Origin: an uncultured Planctomycetaceae bacterium
Lineage (GTDB): Bacteria > Planctomycetota > Planctomycetia > Pirellulales > Pirellulaceae
NCBI GenBank assembly: GCA_937904535.1
Contig: CALELC010000173.1
Span: 1 to 40,789, forward strand
Direction of reading: 5' to 3'
DNA length: 40,789 nucleotides
Shown here: one piece after another, positions 9,679 through 16,096 of the stretch
Layout of the letters: each line of letters begins with the position of its first letter
Numbering within the stretch: the stretch's first letter is position 1
Program-made: the position numbers and the translations under genes
The notes under the pieces: generated by a model
The model's database searches: none
What the model was told of the DNA's origin: nothing
What the model saw: only the letters and a program-made list of their open reading frames with translations

Positions 9679-11283
9679 ATGCCAAAGAAAATCAGCCGCC
9701 GCAGCCTGCGAGACGACGCCTTTGATGCCGAAGAGTCGATCCGCCGCCGCGGACGGGTGATGGGCCAGGCTGAAGTGGACGATTTTCTCGACGACGAGCT
9801 TATCGACGATGATGATTGCCTGGGGCTACTCGATCGTCACGACCTGCGGAATGACGTGGCACCCTCGGATCCCACGGAGGATCCAATCCGCATGTACCTG
9901 ATGCAGATGGGCCAGATCCCGCTGCTCAGCCGTGACCAAGAAATCTCCGCCGCTCGGCAGATTGAGTGCACCCGCGATCGCTACCGGCACAAGATGATCG
10001 CCACCGACTTCGTCCTCCGCGGTGCCCTGCGACTGCTCGAGCAAGTTCGCGACAAAAAGCTGCGATTGGACCGGACGATTGAGGTCAGCGTTACCAATGC
10101 GTCGGAAAAACGCGCGATCATGCTGCGGATTGTCCCCAACTGCCTCACGCTCAAAGCGCTGTTGATGCAAAACAAGGACGATTTCTTGATCGCCGTCAGC
10201 CGCAGCACACCGATGCGCCGCCGCCGTGCGGCGTGGCGGAATCTGGTGATGCGGCGCAATAAGGCGCTGCGATTGGTCGAAGAAATGAAGCTGCGCACCG
10301 GCAAGCTGCAACCGCTGTTCGAGCGACTGCGACAAGCCAACAGCCGCATGGCAGAGCTGCGCCGAATGCTGGCTGACGAAGACACCCCTGCCCTTCCCGG
10401 CATGCCCAGCCGCGAAGCGATGCGTCTGGAACTGCATCACCTGATGCGGCTGACGCTGGAGACTCCGGCGACCTTGGATCGGCGGATCAATCAGACCGAT
10501 GCGCTCCGCGAAGATTACGACGCGGCCAAACGCGTGCTCTCGGCCGGCAACCTGCGGCTGGTGGTTTCGATTGCAAAGAAGTACCGCAACCGTGGGCTGT
10601 CGTTCCTCGACCTGATTCAAGAGGGCAACACAGGACTGATGCGGGCCGTCGACAAGTTCGAGTATGCCCGGGGCTACAAGTTCAGCACCTATGCGACCTG
10701 GTGGATTCGCCAAGCAATCACCCGTGCTATCGCCGATCAGAGCCGCACGATCCGCGTGCCGGTGCACATGATCGAAACCATGAACCGCGTTCGCCAGATC
10801 ATCCGCGATCTGGTCCAGGTCCACGGCCGCGAGCCTTCGGCCGAAGAGATCGCGGCCAGCGCCGGGATGTCGGTCGACGAGACCCGGGTGGTGATCAAAA
10901 TGAGCCGGTCACCGTTGTCGCTCGACCAGCCGTTAGGGGACAGCGACGAAAGCGTGTTTGGTGAGTTTTTGGAAGATCACCGCGATATCGATCCGCTGAT
11001 GGATTCCAACCGGGAGGCGCTGAAGCTGCAGATTGACAACGCGATGGAGACGCTCAATTACCGCGAACGCGAAATCCTGCGGCTGCGGTACGGCTTGGCC
11101 GACGGCTACACCTACACGCTGGAAGAAGTCGGCAAGATCTTCCAGGTCACACGCGAACGTGTTCGCCAAATCGAGAGCAAGGCAGTCCGCAAACTCCAGC
11201 AACCCTATCGCGCCAAATCACTCGCCAGCTTCCTGGATGGAGCCGACTGGGTGTTCACCGAGCCGGCTATCGACATCGTGTAA
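9679..11283 (+). CDS. rpoD: RNA polymerase primary sigma factor (sigma-70 / RpoD)
   Basis: Region 2 reads [54 protein letters not shown]. Region 4.2 reads [29 protein letters not shown]. Start chosen at ATG 9679 (MPKKISRR...), preceded by GAGGA. The track ORF begins at 9511, but that extension looks non-coding. Confidence 0.93.
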   Translation: MPKKISRRSLRDDAFDAEESIRRRGRVMGQAEVDDFLDDELIDDDDCLGLLDRHDLRNDVAPSDPTEDPIRMYLMQMGQIPLLSRDQEISAARQIECTRDRYRHKMIATDFVLRGALRLLEQVRDKKLRLDRTIEVSVTNASEKRAIMLRIVPNCLTLKALLMQNKDDFLIAVSRSTPMRRRRAAWRNLVMRRNKALRLVEEMKLRTGKLQPLFERLRQANSRMAELRRMLADEDTPALPGMPSREAMRLELHHLMRLTLETPATLDRRINQTDALREDYDAAKRVLSAGNLRLVVSIAKKYRNRGLSFLDLIQEGNTGLMRAVDKFEYARGYKFSTYATWWIRQAITRAIADQSRTIRVPVHMIETMNRVRQIIRDLVQVHGREPSAEEIAASAGMSVDETRVVIKMSRSPLSLDQPLGDSDESVFGEFLEDHRDIDPLMDSNREALKLQIDNAMETLNYREREILRLRYGLADGYTYTLEEVGKIFQVTRERVRQIESKAVRKLQQPYRAKSLASFLDGADWVFTEPAIDIV

Positions 11284-11287
11284 GCAG

Positions 11288-12220
11288 CTAGCGCGGGATG
11301 CTAAAGCGTCCGAGGCCCGGGATCTCAATATCGATCGTTGGCCGCGGCCGGTTTGGCGGAGGCTGCGGCGGGATCCGAGGAGGCGGCACCGCTTGTGGCG
11401 GCCCCACCGGCGGCGGTCCCGGTGCCGCGGTCAGTAACTCGTAGATCTGGTTATGCACGAGGTTCACGTTCTGGGCGTTGCGTCGCAGGTACAGCCCGTA
11501 CGGTGAGCGGTTGATCCGCTCGACAACTTTGCCCCACGTCTCGTCGATATCGCGGAAGTCGTCCTTGAGGTGTCCTTGATCGGCCGCACGCTCAGCGGTC
11601 TGGTGGAAGTGGGCGACCGCTTCTGCAAAATCGCCGATCGCTCGCTGCAGGTCATCGTCGCGGCGGGCCACGCGACCGACGAGGTCCTGCAGGCTGCGCG
11701 CTTCCCGTTCGAGCAGATGCGCCTGCCGGGCAATCAATTCATGATTTGCATCGCGTCGATTGCCCTCCATTCGCCGTAACACGTAGTGCAGTTGCTCGTC
11801 GGGATAACGGATGCGCGCCGCTTGGCGACGGAGCCAGCCATCATTGCTGGCTTCTAATCGGTCGACGAGCTGGTGGACCTGCTGATCCATCTCTTGAAAC
11901 TCGCGGAGCAGCCGCTCCGGGCTTTCACTGCGGCGGAGCAGCTGCCGGAACCGGGCCACCGTCCGTGAGGTGTGATCGATCTGCTCGGCCAATCCCTGCG
12001 GGTAAGTTCCGCGCTCGTAGTGCAGATCCTCTTCGAGGTGATCGAGCTCGTCTTCCAACTGCCGTGTCCACTGTTCTGCTGCCTGTGGGACCGAGCCACG
12101 CTCGCCTGGTCCAGGGACCGGTCCCCGACCCGGTCCAGGCCCTGATCGCGGTGGCTGGGCGCTGAGCGGCGGACTGGTCAACAGCAGCCCCAGCAATAGG
12201 ACCAAAGACAGTCGTTTCAT
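11288..12220 (-). CDS. secreted hypothetical protein: signal peptide, Gly/Pro-rich N-terminus, helical Arg/Glu/His-rich core, Pro-rich C-terminus
   Basis: Start chosen at ATG 12220 (MKRLSLVLLLGLLLTSPPLSAQP, a clear signal peptide) with AGGTGAG upstream. The core reads RQLEDELDHLEEDLHYE...DEQLHYVLRRMEG. The tail reads PGPPPVGPPQAVPPPRIPPQPPPNRPRP. No family recognised. Confidence 0.6.
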   Translation of the reverse strand: MKRLSLVLLLGLLLTSPPLSAQPPRSGPGPGRGPVPGPGERGSVPQAAEQWTRQLEDELDHLEEDLHYERGTYPQGLAEQIDHTSRTVARFRQLLRRSESPERLLREFQEMDQQVHQLVDRLEASNDGWLRRQAARIRYPDEQLHYVLRRMEGNRRDANHELIARQAHLLEREARSLQDLVGRVARRDDDLQRAIGDFAEAVAHFHQTAERAADQGHLKDDFRDIDETWGKVVERINRSPYGLYLRRNAQNVNLVHNQIYELLTAAPGPPPVGPPQAVPPPRIPPQPPPNRPRPTIDIEIPGLGRFSIPR

Positions 12221-12531
12221 CGTCTCACCTCGAGTGGGGAACAAGCAGCGTCGGGGATCGGTTTGCTGCTCGGCCCGGTTGTCCAACTGGCCCGTTCCGC
12301 TGCTGAACTTGAAGAGCAACCTTGCCAGCGGCAGGTTGCAAACTCCATACCAGGCGATTGTCACGCAGGGTGGCCAGCGGCAGAGGCGCGAGAACGGCGG
12401 AGCGAGGGCCTGCCTGCAGCCGTTGCTAGTCAATCTAGCGGAGTGTTCGTGGACGAGACCGATCGAGGCGGTGTGAATTAGCCGGAACACCCCATCGGTC
12501 TCCGGCCAATTTCACAGCTCGCAGGCAGCGC

Positions 12532-12990
12532 TTAGTCATCCAGCCGATCGCTGATGATTTCGCCCGTGACGGGGTGAACATGGAGTTCGCGCTTGCTCCT
12601 CTGGCGGAACGCTTCAACTTCCCAGTAGCGGCGTTCGAGCGACACGTCGTGGATGTTGGTGTAACCGGCGTCAAGGAGCGAGTGCAGAATCTTCGAAAGC
12701 GGCTGGGCATCGCGCGGCGGTCGTGGCTCGGGATCGTCGCGGTGCTCTGACAAGACTTCGCCGCTGCGAGCATCGATGAGCAACTCGTATGCGGCATCGT
12801 CCTTGTAGACCTCGACCTCCCAACGCCCGTCGTCGAAATCAAGTTCGCTGAACGGGCCATAGCCCTGCTTTTCCAGTTGCTCGACGATCTCCACGATCGG
12901 CTTGTCGTCCCCTGCGGGATAGTCGGCGGGGGCGAGGGAAATCCACCCTGCCGCGATGGCGGCAGCAGCGGCGAACAATTGAATCTTCAT
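12532..12990 (-). CDS. PepSY-domain protein (two PepSY repeats) with signal peptide
   Basis: The signal peptide is MKIQLFAAAAAIAAGWISLAPA. Two PepSY-like units are present: ...ELDFDDGRWEVEVYKDDAAYELLIDARSGEVLSE and ...DVSLERRYWEVEAFRQRSKRELHVHPVTGEIISD. An AGGAG RBS lies before ATG 12990. Confidence 0.75.
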   Translation of the reverse strand: MKIQLFAAAAAIAAGWISLAPADYPAGDDKPIVEIVEQLEKQGYGPFSELDFDDGRWEVEVYKDDAAYELLIDARSGEVLSEHRDDPEPRPPRDAQPLSKILHSLLDAGYTNIHDVSLERRYWEVEAFRQRSKRELHVHPVTGEIISDRLDD

Positions 12991-13481
12991 GGAATCACTC
13001 CTGCGAAGTGGAACGTTGAAACCCCAGTGGTTGCATTGCACCGGCAGTAGACCCGAACGACCTAAAACCGCGGTGAAGCGAAGATAAAATCGGCTTCATC
13101 TTGCAAGCGGCGCCGGGAACACCGCCAAGAGCGGCAGCTGGCGCGCCGAAAAACCCTGAGTGACCCATCGTTTGTTGGCGAGACGACACACAAAGAGGGT
13201 GTCTTGAGTTGAGTGATAGGTGGGTCTGGCTGTCCCCTGATAGATGTCGGCAAGCTACCGGGAGGAAGCCGGATCGACGAGAAAAACACCGGACCTGTTC
13301 CTGTCCCCTACCGACTGGCCCCACTGACGATCGGCGCAGGCTGCGTGGGGGCCACCCAATCCGATTGGATTCAAAAACATCTGTGTCGGCACGGTTGCCG
13401 GGCGGCGGTTGATCTGGCATACTCCGCACCCAGAACGGTACACTGCTGCCAACGAGCCTCGCTCGCCGGAATCAGTTACCA

Positions 13482-13556
13482 CGGGGTGTGGCGCAGCCTG
13501 GATAGCGCGTTTGACTGGGGGTCAAAAGGTCGCAGGTTCGAATCCTGTCACCCCGA
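13482..13556 (+). tRNA. tRNA-Pro (anticodon GGG)
   Basis: A cloverleaf can be drawn by hand: acceptor CGGGGTG/CACCCCG, D arm GCGC-AGCCTGGATA-GCGC, anticodon arm TTTGA-CTGGGGG-TCAAA (anticodon GGG, G37), variable loop AGGTC, T arm GCAGG-TTCGAAT-CCTGT, discriminator A. CCA is not encoded. Confidence 0.9.
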
Positions 13557-13570
13557 TTTATTTTCCGCAC

Positions 13571-13604
13571 AAGCCCTACGGCGACTCCGCCGCAGGGCTT
13601 TTTT
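13571..13604 (+). terminator. intrinsic terminator after tRNA-Pro
   Basis: AAGCCCT-A-CGGCG-actc-CGCCG-C-AGGGCTT forms a 12 bp stem with one mismatch. It runs into a run of six T (13599-13604). Confidence 0.75.
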
Positions 13605-13620
13605 GTTGGACTCCACCCTT

Positions 13621-13750
13621 GTGGGAGTTCAAGCTTCAGCTTGCCCCGCTCAGTTGGAGTTCAAGCTTTAGCTTGCCCTGCTCAGTTGGAGTTCAAGCTT
13701 CAGCTTGTCTCTCCTCTCCGCTGGAGTTCAGGCTTTAGTCTGCCACCTCC
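13621..13750 (+). repeat. tandem array (about 4 units of ~32 bp) of a hairpin-bearing repeat, forward orientation
   Basis: Units are GTGGGAGTTCAAGCTTCAGCTTGCCCCGCTCA, GTTGGAGTTCAAGCTTTAGCTTGCCCTGCTCA, GTTGGAGTTCAAGCTTCAGCTTGTCTCTCC... and GGAGTTCAGGCTTTAGTCTGCC... They sit head to tail with no spacers. Each contains a CAAGC-TTYA-GCTTG mini hairpin. Confidence 0.85.
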
Positions 13751-13852
13751 CCCTGCCCTACCCCGCTTCCAACGCCCTGAACGAGCACTCCTCCGACCGC
13801 GAAATTGTCATCGCCAAGGAACGCTTCGCCGCCAAAGCGGTTCGGTGCCAGC

Positions 13853-13881
13853 GTGCTGCCGTGCATTCAATGCGGCAGCAC
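13853..13881 (-). terminator. hairpin downstream of the DoxX gene (terminator candidate without a U-tract)
   Basis: GTGCTGCCG-(11 nt)-CGGCAGCAC is a perfect 9 bp stem about 30 nt past the DoxX stop. No T-run follows on the minus strand. Confidence 0.35.
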
Positions 13882-13912
13882 CTCTTCGCGAGCTGAGAAC
13901 CGATCGAGCCGT

Positions 13913-14344
13913 TTAACTGGCGGGAACAGGCTCCTCCGCGGTGGTGCTTCGCTGGTTGTTCCAGAGCAGCTGATCCAGCGACAACTCTCCGGCCCCGGTC
14001 AGGATCAGGGAGAGGTAGACACACAAGTAGACGGCCGCAAGTTCCTTCACCTTCCACGGATCGCTCGCATGCACGAGGAATAAGGCGACGATCATCGTGA
14101 AGGCCAGCGGTAGCGCAGCGAAACGCGTTGCTAGTCCTAACATCAACAACAACGAGCAGCCGACTTCCGCGCCGATGGCAGCGATCAGGCTCAGTTGACT
14201 GCCCATCCCGATCGGATCGGGGAATTGGCCGGATAACTCACTGTAGTTCATGAGCTTTTGTAGCCCGTGGACCAGCATCAGACCTCCGATCGTGATCCGC
14301 AGCACCAGGAGGCCCAGTGACGTGTTGAAGTTCGGTGTGTGCAT
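13913..14344 (-). CDS. DoxX-family membrane protein
   Basis: 143 aa with four hydrophobic segments. LGLLVLRITIGGLMLVHGLQKL ... FLVHASDPW matches the DoxX pattern. Confidence 0.85.
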   Translation of the reverse strand: MHTPNFNTSLGLLVLRITIGGLMLVHGLQKLMNYSELSGQFPDPIGMGSQLSLIAAIGAEVGCSLLLMLGLATRFAALPLAFTMIVALFLVHASDPWKVKELAAVYLCVYLSLILTGAGELSLDQLLWNNQRSTTAEEPVPAS

Positions 14345-14365
14345 AAGGTTTCTCCAGTGGGATGA

Positions 14366-15064
14366 CTAAGCCAAATCAAACAACATGATCTCAGCATCAG
14401 CGGTTGCTGTAATACTGAGTTTCGACTCATCGCTGACCGCAGCGCCGTCGCTGGTGTTCAGCGCGTGATCGTTGAGCGTGACGTTTCCCCGCAGCACTTG
14501 CAGCCAAGCGTGACGACCCGTTGTGAGGTCGAAAGACAGCGGCCTCTGGGGGTCAAGTTTCGCCAGATAAATGCAAGCGTCCTGATGAATCGTCAGCGAA
14601 CCGTCGCTTCCATCGGGCGACGCGACCAGACGCAAACGCCCGCGAAGTTCGGATTCGTCAAAGCTCTTTTGCTCATAACTGGGCGGCAGCCCCTGACTCT
14701 GGGGTAGTAGCCAAATCTGATAGAAGTGCGTCGGTTCATGCTGGGAAGGATTGAACTCGCTGTGGGTGATCCCCGTCCCGGCGGTGATCCGCTGGAACTG
14801 ACCAGGGCGAAGCGTCTCGCCGTTGCCCATCGAATCTTGGTGCTCCAGCGCACCGTCGAGCACATAGCTGACGATTTCCATGTCGCGGTGACCATGCGTT
14901 CCGAACCCCTGCCCTGCGGCAACGCGATCCTCGTTGATCACCCGCAGCGACCGAAAACCCATAGACGCGGGGTCCTGGTAGGACGCGAACGAAAACGTGT
15001 GATAGGTCTTCAGCCAGCCGTGGTCGGCGTGGCCTCGGTCCGAGGCTCGGCGGATGCGGATCAT
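14366..15064 (-). CDS. pirin-family protein (cupin; YhhW/quercetinase-like)
   Basis: RASDRGHADHGWLKTYHTFSFASY ... GFGTHGHRDMEIVSYVLDGALEHQDSMGN ... AGTGITHSEFN is a classic pirin metal-binding His/Glu pattern. Start chosen at ATG 15064 (MIRIRR...); the track start 15118 is also possible. Confidence 0.9.
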   Translation of the reverse strand: MIRIRRASDRGHADHGWLKTYHTFSFASYQDPASMGFRSLRVINEDRVAAGQGFGTHGHRDMEIVSYVLDGALEHQDSMGNGETLRPGQFQRITAGTGITHSEFNPSQHEPTHFYQIWLLPQSQGLPPSYEQKSFDESELRGRLRLVASPDGSDGSLTIHQDACIYLAKLDPQRPLSFDLTTGRHAWLQVLRGNVTLNDHALNTSDGAAVSDESKLSITATADAEIMLFDLA

Positions 15065-15132
15065 GTTTTTCTCGCTATCATTGTTGTGTAAATAGTCGAT
15101 ATGTAATGTATCTGGCAAAAAGACGCTGCTGC

Positions 15133-15606
15133 TTAGTTCAGCATTTTCGCCCGCGCCTTCTCCAGCAATCGAGACAACTCCTGCAGTTCGGTGTGCGTCA
15201 GATGCCCCATCACTTCCGAGTGCAACGCGTCCAGCGGCCCGTCGATCTGCGCGAGCAGTTGCTTCGCCTTGTCAGTGAGTTCCACATAAACAACACGCCG
15301 ATCCTCGTGACAGCGTCTCCGCTGGACGAATCCCTGTTTTTCCAGTCGATCGATCAACCCAGTCATCGCCGGCACGACTTGAATCATTCGCTCACCGATC
15401 TCCAGCGACGGCATCGGCTGGCCTTCGCCCCGCAGGATGCGCAGCACGTTGTACTGCGACGGCGTCAGTCCGTATTCACGGAAGAACTTCCCGAGTCGGT
15501 TCTGCAGTTGATCGTTCGTCCGCAGAATATTGAGTACCGCTTCCTGCTCCGGCGAATCGAACGGCCGTTTTTTCTTCAGTTCGCGCTGCAATCCACTTTT
15601 CGTCAT
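15133..15606 (-). CDS. MarR-family transcriptional regulator
   Basis: 157 aa. A winged HTH is visible: LTPSQYNVLRILRGEGQPMPSLEIGERMIQVVPAMTGLIDRLEKQGFVQRRRCHEDRRVVYVELTDKAKQL. It is the first gene of the MarR-pirin-DoxX string. Confidence 0.9.
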   Translation of the reverse strand: MTKSGLQRELKKKRPFDSPEQEAVLNILRTNDQLQNRLGKFFREYGLTPSQYNVLRILRGEGQPMPSLEIGERMIQVVPAMTGLIDRLEKQGFVQRRRCHEDRRVVYVELTDKAKQLLAQIDGPLDALHSEVMGHLTHTELQELSRLLEKARAKMLN

Positions 15607-15628
15607 TTGATTTCCTTTACTGCAATTT

Positions 15629-15657
15629 AATTTACATGTGATTCATTTCTGTGTCAA
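15629..15657 (-). promoter_or_regulatory. sigma70-type promoter candidate for the MarR-pirin-DoxX operon
   Basis: The minus strand reads TTGACA (15657-15652), a 17 nt spacer, then TAAATT (15634-15629). An AAGGAA RBS and ATG 15606 follow. This is the only AT-rich patch in the neighbourhood. Confidence 0.45.
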
Positions 15658-15690
15658 GGGTTTGTGCGTGTTTCGCTGCGCGCTCACCAC

Positions 15691-15788
15691 GTGGGAGCCC
15701 AAACTTCAGCCTGGGTGGCTGGAGTTCAGGCTTCAGCCTGCCCGGCTCCGTTGGAGTTAAAACTTCAGCCTGTCTGGCTCCGCCTCCC
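15691..15788 (+). repeat. array (about 3 units) of the same hairpin repeat family, forward orientation
   Basis: Units are GTGGGAGCCCAAACTTCAGCCTGGGTGGCT, GGAGTTCAGGCTTCAGCCTGCCCGGCTCCGTT and GGAGTTAAAACTTCAGCCTGTCTGGCTCCGCCTCCC. The core hairpin is CAGGC-TTCA-GCCTG. Confidence 0.85.
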
Positions 15789-15930
15789 ACTTCACGCCAG
15801 TGCCAGAAATCCATCACCTCCCTGTCTCATCAACAAACACTTGCTGCTAGACAGGCAGGAGACCGAGCGAAATGCCCGGCAAGCACTGACACGTCGTGGG
15901 GAGGCACGTGGGTGGCCGCGGGCGACAGAT

Positions 15931-16077
15931 GGGGACAGGCTGAAGTCTGGACAATGAGGATGGGGACAGGCTGAAGCCTGAACTCCAACGATGGCAGGCT
16001 GAAGCCTGAACTCCAGCGGAGCGGGACAGGCTGAAGCCTGGACTCCAACGGAGGCAGGTCGCAGTTTGGATTCCAAC
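15931..16077 (-). repeat. array (about 5 units) of the same repeat family, reverse orientation
   Basis: Units are GGGGACAGGCTGAAGTCTGGACA, GGGGACAGGCTGAAGCCTGAACTCCAAC, GATGGCAGGCTGAAGCCTGAACTCCAGC, GGAGCGGGACAGGCTGAAGCCTGGACTCCAAC and a degenerate GGAGGCAGGTCGCAGTTTGGATTCCAAC. Bases 15993-16014 are the perfect reverse complement of 15721-15742. Confidence 0.85.
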
Positions 16078-16096
16078 GGAGGCGAGGGCCGAGGGG

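Noticed and set aside
9826-10824. 332 aa ORF antisense to rpoD. Similar long antisense ORFs: 5081..5758, 6437..7132, 7355..7891, 21295..22440, 36285..37028, 37092..37769, 39482..40024
   Set aside because: Each lies entirely opposite a gene with strong family motifs and is Arg/Gly/Ala/His-rich, as expected for GC-rich shadow frames. ORF 21295..22440 even spans the intergenic gap between two real genes.
13395-13440. TTGCCG-17 nt-CATACT as the tRNA-Pro promoter
   Set aside because: Both hexamers match the consensus poorly in a GC-rich background, so a chance occurrence is likely. It cannot be supported from sequence alone.
13213-13916. ORFs 13213..13671, 13409..13738, 13641..13916 and 13705..13896 (and likewise 15651..15974, 15664..15957, 15792..16169, 15830..16048, 15847..16155) as protein genes
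   Set aside because: Their sequences are just multi-frame translations of the tandem repeats (VGVQASACPAQLEFKLQL etc.). Some run across the tRNA-Pro gene and its terminator. They have no RBS and no coding-like composition outside the repeats.
13621-16077. Repeat arrays read as CRISPR arrays
   Set aside because: Units are directly adjacent with no unique spacers. The period equals the repeat length (~30-35 bp), the units are imperfect, two arrays face each other, and no cas genes are present in the window.
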